In this document: piece by piece, positions 25,352-32,000 of the stretch
How the letters are laid out: every line of letters starts with the position of its first letter
Numbering within the stretch: the first letter of the stretch is position 1
Source of the DNA: Candidatus Iainarchaeum sp.
GTDB taxonomy: Archaea > Iainarchaeota > Iainarchaeia > Iainarchaeales > VGJJ01
Direction of reading: 5' to 3'
Length of the DNA: 32,000 nucleotides
NCBI GenBank assembly: GCA_030688545.1
Contig: JAUYHT010000006.1
Location: 90,001-122,000, forward strand
Position numbers and translations under genes: made by a program
The notes under the pieces: model-generated
What the model saw: the letters and a program-made list of their open reading frames with translations, nothing else
What the model was told of the DNA's origin: nothing
The model's database searches: none

Positions 25352-26337
25352 GCCCACACCTTTTCATCCAAAAAACCCCGGATCATGCCCGTGGCGAAGG
25401 CAATGGACCGGAGGAAGTAAAGGCCGAAGGCGATGGCAACAAAATGAATCCCGTGTCTCCAGATATGGGGGATGGAAAAAAGGAATGTGAATACGTAGGC
25501 GAGGGCACTCACGCGGACCCAGAAGGTATAGTCCGGAATGGGAATCGAAATTAGAGCGAAAAATAGAATTCCAAGTGAAAAGGCCACATTGAATTTGAGC
25601 ATGGTAGGAGTATAACTGTCCTGCACCGCTTTACGGGGGTGCTTGAGATACATGCGCATACGCCAATAGGCCCGCACGTGTTTCACGTGAATATACCTTT
25701 CGACTGTATCCGGGTGGGAATGGTAAACAATGGCCGCCGGATTGAATACCAGTCGATACCCTTTTTCAGATAACCGGTAGGAAAATTCCGCGTCCTCTCC
25801 CGAAGCGCGGGGAAAATGTTCATCGAATCCCCCATGGGAAAGGAAAATGTCTTTTCGGTAGGCCGCGCTGTAGCTCCCGATCCAATCCAGGAAAGATGAG
25901 CGCTTCATCTTCTCATAGCGAAATTCAATATCCGCTTGGTCAAATCGGGCCACCAGGGACTTTTGATGAGTACGGTAAGCCCCTTGCACGCCCGCCACTT
26001 TCTCATCGATGAATGGTTTCACCATTTCAGCCAACCAATTCTTTTCAGGGACGCAGTCGCTGTCCAAAAAAACAATGATTGGATTTTTTGATTCCCTTGC
26101 CCCCTTATTCCGTGCTTTAGCCGGTCCTTGATTTTCCTGCGAAATCACTCTCACCGATCGATATGATTTAGCCATTTCAGGGGTTCCATCCGTACTCCCG
26201 TCATCCACCACGATGATTTCATCCGGGGACAAGCTTTGTTCTTGAAGCGCATCCAGGCATGCCCGCAGCGTCCTGGTCGCGTTGTAGGCAGGAATGATGA
26301 CGGTGGCCGGGGGGACTATTTTTTTTCGGGACACCAT
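25348..26337 (-). CDS. GT2 family glycosyltransferase with C-terminal membrane segment
   Basis: 'ATVIIPAYNATRTL', 'IIVVDDGSTDGT', 'QGPAKARNKG' and 'VFLDSDCVP' (DxD). The hydrophobic C-terminus reads 'FNVAFSLGILFFALISIPI...FVAIAFGLYFL'. Confidence 0.9.
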   Translation of the reverse strand: MVSRKKIVPPATVIIPAYNATRTLRACLDALQEQSLSPDEIIVVDDGSTDGTPEMAKSYRSVRVISQENQGPAKARNKGARESKNPIIVFLDSDCVPEKNWLAEMVKPFIDEKVAGVQGAYRTHQKSLVARFDQADIEFRYEKMKRSSFLDWIGSYSAAYRKDIFLSHGGFDEHFPRASGEDAEFSYRLSEKGYRLVFNPAAIVYHSHPDTVERYIHVKHVRAYWRMRMYLKHPRKAVQDSYTPTMLKFNVAFSLGILFFALISIPIPDYTFWVRVSALAYVFTFLFSIPHIWRHGIHFVAIAFGLYFLRSIAFATGMIRGFLDEKVWA

Positions 26338-26360
26338 GCGATAACCTGGTTGCGTGAATT

Positions 26361-26383
26361 AAAAACGGATTGGATACATCCGT
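26361..26383 (-). terminator. Weak intrinsic-terminator-like hairpin inside the operon, just after RS4
   Basis: The - strand reads ACGGAT-GTATCCA-ATCCGT followed by TTTTT. It starts 14 nt after the RS4 stop. The 6-bp stem is only modestly stable. Confidence 0.3.
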
Positions 26384-26396
26384 AGAATGATTCCCT

Positions 26397-27923
26397 TTAT
26401 GGGGTGTTAAAGAGAGCCGTTCGTTGGTTGGTCTCGCCAAGAGAGGGTTTAGCCTGCGATTCAAATAGATATTTGAAAAAGGTCCTCCCACTCTTCATCA
26501 GACGCGGAAATTCATGAGGCGTGGTAATACCCTCCCATATCTTGGCGGCGATGAAAGTAGGCCGCATGTAAAAGTTTCGCCGTGCGTCATCACAGGCCTG
26601 CACCAATTCTTCCGCAGTAAGCTGATCCGTACTCACAATCGTGTTGTGCGTGCCATCCTCTAACAGCCAGTTCTCCCAATTTTCAGCTTTGATGGTGAGA
26701 AAATTGTTGGTTTTCGCCCACTCATAGGCTTCCGTTCCCGGATACACCATGATGGGGAAGAATTGCACCGTGTCGGGATTGACTTTCTTGGCAAACTCGA
26801 CTGTCTTCTCAATCGTTTCGTGTGTTTCGCCCCGGTTCCCCATCATGAAGCACGCATGAACGAGCACGTTGGCTTCTTTGGTGTCGTTGAAGAATTGTTC
26901 GATCTTCTGGACATTCGTCCCTTTCTTGATGTTATTGAGTATTTCCTGGGTCGCGCTCTCCACTCCCACGCATACCAATCGACACCCGGCCTTTTTCATG
27001 ATTTTCAATGTTTCCAGGTCCACGTCACAGCGAGCGTTTACCGTCCAGGTGACTTGGAGTCCACGATCGATGACCTCCTGGCAGATATCCTTTACCCGGT
27101 TCTTATCCAAAGTAAAGGTATCATCCTCGATCATGATATCCTTCACGTAAGGGAGGTTGTGTTTCACCCATTCGAATTCGTCCACGATGTTCTTCACCGA
27201 GCGCGAGCGAAAAATGTGACCGGTAAAATTCTGCGGCCAATCGCAAAAGGTACACCGGAAGGGGCAGCCTCGGCCCGTCATAATGGTAACCTCTGGGTAT
27301 AGCACGGAGGGGTAAAAGTAATCACGGATGTTAAGATGTTCCGCCCAGACCTGCGAGGCGAACGGGAGTTTATCCAGATAGTCCGAGGGGACATCGGGGG
27401 CGTCCTCATTCTGGATGATGTTCCCTTGGCCGTCCCGGAAGGTAATGCCTTTCATCTTCTCATACGACGTCCCCTTTTCCAAATGGCCAGCTAATTCTAC
27501 CGCCGTGAGATCGTATTCGCGTCGGAGTACCATATCGACGGCCGGGGCGATGGTTAAAGTATTTCCGGACACCGCCGATACGTGCGGCCCCACCATCGCA
27601 ATGACAATTTCCGGATATTCTTGCTTGATGGCGGCCGCGACTTTGGCATCATTCACCACGGATGAGGTGACGGTGTGCATGATCAATAGTTTGGGTTGGA
27701 ATTCCTTTACAACTTCGATCACTCGCTCGATGGACATCACGTCCTTGGAGGCAGTGGCGTCCACCAGCTTGGTACGATGACCATTCATCTCAAGGGAACC
27801 AGTGGCATAGCCAAGGAATATGGGGTAATACACGCACCCTCCCTTGCTCACGGCCGGGCTGCGCGAGTTTTTTGAAAACTGGGGAAAGTATGGCGGATTT
27901 AGCAATAATACGTTGATGCCCAT
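26397..27923 (-). CDS. B12-binding-domain radical SAM protein (RS4), divergent subtype
   Basis: 'MGINVLLLNPPYFP', 'IVIAMVGPHVSAVS', cluster motif 'RGCPFRCTFCDWPQ', 'IFRSRSVKNIVDEF' and 'VESATQEILN'. GAGGT lies 6 nt upstream of the ATG. It lacks the 'GEGE' block shared by RS1-RS3. Confidence 0.9.
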   Translation of the reverse strand: MGINVLLLNPPYFPQFSKNSRSPAVSKGGCVYYPIFLGYATGSLEMNGHRTKLVDATASKDVMSIERVIEVVKEFQPKLLIMHTVTSSVVNDAKVAAAIKQEYPEIVIAMVGPHVSAVSGNTLTIAPAVDMVLRREYDLTAVELAGHLEKGTSYEKMKGITFRDGQGNIIQNEDAPDVPSDYLDKLPFASQVWAEHLNIRDYFYPSVLYPEVTIMTGRGCPFRCTFCDWPQNFTGHIFRSRSVKNIVDEFEWVKHNLPYVKDIMIEDDTFTLDKNRVKDICQEVIDRGLQVTWTVNARCDVDLETLKIMKKAGCRLVCVGVESATQEILNNIKKGTNVQKIEQFFNDTKEANVLVHACFMMGNRGETHETIEKTVEFAKKVNPDTVQFFPIMVYPGTEAYEWAKTNNFLTIKAENWENWLLEDGTHNTIVSTDQLTAEELVQACDDARRNFYMRPTFIAAKIWEGITTPHEFPRLMKSGRTFFKYLFESQAKPSLGETNQRTALFNTP

Positions 27924-27992
27924 GAGTTACCTCGTGAATACTGAACGAGTTTCTTTCAGTTTAAAAGGATAGTTACCATTTCGATATTTGTC

Positions 27993-28592
27993 CTATCCTT
28001 TCGTCATCATTCGATTGCGCGCTATTTTCCGTGCGATCACCACCATCTGCTCTCGCAGGGAATCCGGGAAAATATGATGGATTGTTTTCCGGATAGGAAA
28101 AAACCATTTGTGCGTGGCCCCGTCGGACGATTCTTCCGTATAGGGAAAGAAAACCATCTTTTGAATGGTGAATCCTCCTTGTTCCAGAAGCCCCCTTATT
28201 GAAACCGGGTCGAACAGTGATAGGTGAAGCGGCATCTCATAAGAGTGGGTGATGCGGTTGAGCCAGCTTTTTTGGTTGGGGGTGGAGAGGGCAAGTACGC
28301 CATTGTGTTCCAGCACGCGCCAGCATTCATCGATGAAAGCTTTCGGGTTCGCCACATGTTCGATAACTTCCCCCGCAAGAATACTATTGAAAGAACGATC
28401 TTCGAATGGCATTCGCTGACCGTCCCCCAATACTTGATTCGTGCGCACGTGAATGAGCTCGATGTCCAAGGAAACGATTTGGCTATCGGGAAACCGTTTC
28501 TTCAGCTCGTCATGCAGGGTTCCCGCACTCCCCCCAATATCAAGAACTTTCCCCGATAACGAGGCCAGCAATGTGTCGATGCGATTACGCAT
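27993..28592 (-). CDS. Class I SAM-dependent methyltransferase (MT4)
   Basis: Motif I variant 'VLDIGGSAGTL', 'SLDIE', 'FNSILAGEVIEHVANP' and 'GVLALSTPN'. 199 aa. It lies immediately upstream of RS4. Confidence 0.8.
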   Translation of the reverse strand: MRNRIDTLLASLSGKVLDIGGSAGTLHDELKKRFPDSQIVSLDIELIHVRTNQVLGDGQRMPFEDRSFNSILAGEVIEHVANPKAFIDECWRVLEHNGVLALSTPNQKSWLNRITHSYEMPLHLSLFDPVSIRGLLEQGGFTIQKMVFFPYTEESSDGATHKWFFPIRKTIHHIFPDSLREQMVVIARKIARNRMMTKG

Positions 28593-28595
28593 GGA

Positions 28596-29333
28596 TCATT
28601 TCCTGTTTCCGTTTTGAGCCCATTCCTTCATCAGGACATTGGCCCTCTGGAGTTCCTCGATGCTTCCGGCGTCCAACCAGTGCCCAGTGAGTTTGGAGGC
28701 CGCGAGCGTGCCACGTTGGATATAATTATTGTGGATGTCCGTCACTTCCAGTTCCCCCCGAGCGCTGGGTTTCAGATTTTGGATGATGCTAAACACATGA
28801 GGGGTGAAGAAATACACCCCAATAGAGGCCCAAAGGCTGGGCGGCTGGGCGGGTTTTTCCACGAGTTTAACCACTTTCTCCCCCTCCAATACCGCGACCC
28901 CCATCTTCTTGGCTTCTTCATTCGTCGTCTCGAATAGCAGGATTCGAGCCTCTTCCTTCCCCGATTCGAAGGCTTCCACATGCGGTCGGATGCTCTGGGT
29001 GAGGATATTATCCCCATTGATGGCCACGAATCGCTCGTTTCCCACAAAATCCTCCGCCAGTCCGATGGCTTGGGGAATCCCCCCCGCCTCGTCCTGCACA
29101 CGATAGGTAAATTTGACTCCGAATTGTTTCCCGGAGCCCATGAGCTTGAAGATGTTTCCCGCGTGCTCGGTGCCCGTCACGATGAGGATGTCAGTGATTC
29201 CAGCCGTTTTGAGAGTATTCAGAGGATAGAATATCATGGGCTGGTCATACACCGGCAACAGATGCTTATTGGTGACTGATGTCAGCGGACGCAAACGCGT
29301 CCCATTTCCACCAGCTAAGATGACTCCTTTCAT
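28596..29333 (-). CDS. Sugar-1-phosphate nucleotidyltransferase, RmlA-like paralogue
   Basis: 'MKGVILAGGNGTRLRPLTSVTNKHLLPVY'. By eye it is roughly half identical to the 2963-3730 product along its whole length. Its ATG overlaps the upstream SDR stop as ATGA. Confidence 0.85.
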   Translation of the reverse strand: MKGVILAGGNGTRLRPLTSVTNKHLLPVYDQPMIFYPLNTLKTAGITDILIVTGTEHAGNIFKLMGSGKQFGVKFTYRVQDEAGGIPQAIGLAEDFVGNERFVAINGDNILTQSIRPHVEAFESGKEEARILLFETTNEEAKKMGVAVLEGEKVVKLVEKPAQPPSLWASIGVYFFTPHVFSIIQNLKPSARGELEVTDIHNNYIQRGTLAASKLTGHWLDAGSIEELQRANVLMKEWAQNGNRK

Positions 29334-30301
29334 TCCTTCTCACCTCCATGAGCGAAATGGTTCTCGTACCATTGTAATGTCCGTTTCAACCCTTCCGTCA
29401 ATGAATGGGTGGGCCGCCACCCCAGTTCTTTTTGTGTGACAGAGATGTCACAGGTCACTTGGTCACGATCCTGCAGGGGTTGTTCGGTCTGCCATTCAAT
29501 TGTGATATCATTCCGGGGCAGGAGGGCAAGCGCCTTCTCCACGATGTCACCAACCGAAACATTTTCTCCGCTCGCGAATGTATATTCCATTCTTTTCAAG
29601 TGGGGGGCACGCAATGCCAGGGCGAGCATTCCTTCCACGGCGTCTTCCACATACATGAAATCCCTCCGCACCTTCCCATCGCCCCGCAATACTATTTTCT
29701 TTTCAGTGAAAATTCCTTTCATGATGCGCGGCACTAACCGAGAAAAATTAAGGTCATTCCCCCCATAAGTATTGGTATTCCGCGCGACCGCTCCGGGGAG
29801 ACTATAGGCATGCAAATAGCTGGCCACTATGACCTCAGCCGCCACTTTGCTGGCATCGTAGGGGTGGAGGGCCTCGGAGTAATTCGCCTTTCCTCCATGA
29901 GTAGAAAAATGAAATACTCGTACTGAACCGGCGAACACGGAAATCGGGGGATGTGGGGCTAACCGGATGGCCTCGAGCAGGTTCAGCGTTCCCATGACAT
30001 TCGTTTGAATGGTATCATACGGTTGCTGGATGGATTGCCAGGTATCCGCTTGCGAGGCGAGATGAAACACATACGAATATTCCTCCTCTCGCAGGAGGCG
30101 GGCGATACCATTTCCATCCCGTATGTCAAGAGGATGGATTTCAATCGCCTTTCGAATGGAGGAAGTTAAGTTGGGGGCATCAGTTCGACGTGAAATACCA
30201 TGCACCCGCGCTCCCCGTTCAATAAGAGAACGAGCAAGATGGCCACCGATAAACCCCGTGATGCCAGTCACGAGCACTTTTTCCCCTTTGAAGCTATCCA
30301 T
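29330..30301 (-). CDS. NAD(P)-dependent NDP-sugar epimerase/dehydratase/reductase (extended SDR)
   Basis: 'KVLVTGITGFIGGHL' (GxxGxxG) and the catalytic 'YDASK' (YxxxK). It lacks the 'TDE' block of RmlB-type 4,6-dehydratases, so the exact activity is open. Confidence 0.8.
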   Translation of the reverse strand: MDSFKGEKVLVTGITGFIGGHLARSLIERGARVHGISRRTDAPNLTSSIRKAIEIHPLDIRDGNGIARLLREEEYSYVFHLASQADTWQSIQQPYDTIQTNVMGTLNLLEAIRLAPHPPISVFAGSVRVFHFSTHGGKANYSEALHPYDASKVAAEVIVASYLHAYSLPGAVARNTNTYGGNDLNFSRLVPRIMKGIFTEKKIVLRGDGKVRRDFMYVEDAVEGMLALALRAPHLKRMEYTFASGENVSVGDIVEKALALLPRNDITIEWQTEQPLQDRDQVTCDISVTQKELGWRPTHSLTEGLKRTLQWYENHFAHGGEKE

Positions 30302-30315
30302 ACCTCATTCCTCAC

Positions 30316-31722
30316 CTAAACCAATAAATGCCCATGCCGGATGCTCCCAGCGAGTCGGGCGACCTTGATGGCCAACGCATAGCCTATCCCGATGAATGTG
30401 ATAGCCGCAAAATGGAAAATCCCTCTATTAGAGAGGAATGTCAATCCTCGGGGGGAAGATAATACTGGTTCTTTCTCGTCATCTTCCCATAACCCGGTGG
30501 CGACCTTGAAATCCGCCACGGGATCGATGAAAACCTTGCCGCGAACATGGAGAAATGTATCGCAAAGAGGGGTGCGATGTTTTTTGCGGAGCAGCACATC
30601 ATTCATGTGATAGCGTAACCGTTGAAGGGTATATCCCAGGATGTTCATTATTCCCTTGGGAGTGACTAGGGTCCTATCTTCCGTATACCGAGCGCCCGTG
30701 ATCTTTTGGTAAGCGAATCCCAATTCAATTATGCGAAATGACAGATCGGTGTCCTCCCGGTAATAAAAGAAATCTTCATCATAGCCTCCCAGATGATTCA
30801 AAAGATCTTTCTTAAATCCCGTGCTGGTGCCTCCATAATGCCCATACGCGCTGACCGCCCCCACATCGGGGGAATTAAATCCATTCACCATGGTTTGCAA
30901 CCAATCCGCATGGGGAATACAGTCATGATCCATATTGATGATCACCTCTCCCGAGGCGGCTTGAATCCCGGTATTGCGTGCCTTACATACCCCGGATCGG
31001 GGGAGAGTAATTATTTTTACTTTTTTGTTTTTTCCGAAATGGTTTCGCAATTGTTGCGGGGTGTTTCCATCAAAGCTCCCGTCATCCACTACGATAATTT
31101 CAAATTTTCCATCGAACTTTTGCCCAAGCATTGCATCCACCGCCCGGATGAGGGGTTCGCCCCCATTGAGGGTGGCAACGACGATGCTCGCGCTCTTTGG
31201 AGGGGTTGATTTTTTTTTCTTTGAGGGTAGTGAACTAAGAAGAGGATTGTTTGTCTCTCGCGCGATCCGTTCGAGGATGCGGGGAATGTACCCGATGGAT
31301 TTTGAAGAGAATTTTATCCATCTTTTTTTTTGGATATGCGCCGCCAGTCCTTCCATGTCTTCAACAACATTCCCAAATTGTTCCACGTGAGATGCATGAG
31401 CGAGTTCAAGTTGATGGTCATCCGTGTGTTCACCCCATTTTTTCAACCGGGGAACGATAATCATCCGTTTCCTCGCGAGAATACCGGTGCCAATGTTCCC
31501 TTCTCCAGCGTGGGTGATGAATAATCGGGCGCGCCGCACGTGATTTTCGAATGCGTCAATGGGAAGGAATGGGATGCACTCCATTTTGGGATGAGTGAAA
31601 GGTGTATGTCCGGTCTGAAATACCACCTTCTCCCGGATAATACCTTGGTCCACCAGCCGTGCCACGGCGTCGGCGAGACGCATGAATGGTTGAGGATGCG
31701 TTCCTACCGAAATAAATATCAT
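30316..31722 (-). CDS. Fusion protein with an N-terminal Alg13-like (Glyco_tran_28_C, PssE/Cps14G-type) domain, a GT2 glycosyltransferase domain and a C-terminal TM helix
   Basis: Residues 1 to about 150: 'MIFISVGTHPQPF', 'VVFQTGHT', 'LFITHAGEGNIGTG' and 'TDDHQLELA'. A Lys/Ser/Pro-rich linker 'LPSKKKKSTPPKS' follows. The GT2 domain carries 'IVVATLNGGEPL', 'IIVVDDGSFDG' and 'INMDHDCIP'. The C-terminal helix is 'FHFAAITFIGIGYALAI'. Confidence 0.8.
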   Translation of the reverse strand: MIFISVGTHPQPFMRLADAVARLVDQGIIREKVVFQTGHTPFTHPKMECIPFLPIDAFENHVRRARLFITHAGEGNIGTGILARKRMIIVPRLKKWGEHTDDHQLELAHASHVEQFGNVVEDMEGLAAHIQKKRWIKFSSKSIGYIPRILERIARETNNPLLSSLPSKKKKSTPPKSASIVVATLNGGEPLIRAVDAMLGQKFDGKFEIIVVDDGSFDGNTPQQLRNHFGKNKKVKIITLPRSGVCKARNTGIQAASGEVIINMDHDCIPHADWLQTMVNGFNSPDVGAVSAYGHYGGTSTGFKKDLLNHLGGYDEDFFYYREDTDLSFRIIELGFAYQKITGARYTEDRTLVTPKGIMNILGYTLQRLRYHMNDVLLRKKHRTPLCDTFLHVRGKVFIDPVADFKVATGLWEDDEKEPVLSSPRGLTFLSNRGIFHFAAITFIGIGYALAIKVARLAGSIRHGHLLV

Positions 31723-32000
31723 CCCAGATCATCTCCCGGCCGGACGAAAATGCTCCCTCCGAATATGCCCGATGGATACCATTTTTTGAGGGTTTTCCAT
31801 TGATAAATGACATGATCCGCGAGGGGGGATATGATTCTCCCCGTCCATCCGGGAGTGGTGACGCGGCAGAAGCTCTCGATGAATACGATGGGAACCCCTT
31901 TGATTTTGGCCGCGAGGCAAACCGGAACGGTGACATCCGCCCCCGTGCTGATCACCAAATCCGGTTGTTCTTGGGAAATGATTTTCCATGCCCTGAAAAA
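31719..32000 (-). CDS. Alg14-like (PssD/Cps14F-type) membrane-anchor subunit of a split glycosyltransferase, 3' part only (gene runs off the window)
   Basis: The frame is open to the window edge: 'FFRAWKIISQEQPDLVISTGADVTVPVCLAAKIKGVPIVFIESFCRVTTPGWTGRIISPLADHVIYQW'. This matches the conserved Alg14 core (xxGG/xxTG...ESxxRV...QW). Its stop overlaps the Alg13-fusion ATG as ATGA. Confidence 0.8.
   Translation of the reverse strand, partial: FFRAWKIISQEQPDLVISTGADVTVPVCLAAKIKGVPIVFIESFCRVTTPGWTGRIISPLADHVIYQWKTLKKWYPSGIFGGSIFVRPGDDLG

Noticed and set aside
1-32000. Defence systems, prophage or mobile-element content, and tRNA or rRNA genes.
   Set aside because: - I saw no integrase, transposase or nuclease/helicase-type ORFs and no inverted terminal repeats.
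- I saw no tRNA-like cloverleaf segments.
- Every long ORF is accounted for by glycan-biosynthesis families or the two or three hypotheticals listed.

Overview
This window is a gene-dense glycan or glycoconjugate biosynthesis island from an unidentified prokaryote. It holds 30 CDS in seven alternating-strand transcription blocks. I recognise no rRNA, tRNA, CRISPR array, transposase or integrase.

Content:
- Two NDP-sugar activation modules: RmlB-RmlA at 2963-4740 and SDR-RmlA-like at 28596-30301.
- Nine to ten Leloir-type glycosyltransferase modules (GT2, GT4/GT-B). One is an Alg14/Alg13-type split enzyme whose Alg13 half is fused to a GT2 domain. Another is a GT4 split into two ORFs.
- Two of the GT2s look like polyprenyl-phosphate-sugar synthases.
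- Two GT-C-like polytopic membrane proteins, a Wzx-type flippase and an LPG-synthase-TM-type flippase-like protein.

The stand-out feature is a two-gene cassette repeated four times. Each copy is a B12-binding-domain radical SAM enzyme immediately adjacent to a small class I SAM methyltransferase (5933-8195, 11821-14083, 20410-22902, 26397-28592). I interpret this as a candidate undescribed glycan-tailoring system, possibly multi-site C-/O-methylation or radical sugar rearrangement. The function is inference only.

Other points:
- ATGA/TAATG translational coupling is pervasive.
- A structured 279-nt convergent intergenic region carries two 36/37-nt direct repeats and GC hairpins (21863-22131).
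- A 575-aa orphan protein sits in the middle of the locus.
- A 270-nt untranslated gap with an in-frame stop lies upstream of a degenerate Nudix-like ORF.
- G+C content looks mosaic, with richer flanks than centre.

Start codons were chosen by eye from overlaps and SD sequences, and several are uncertain.
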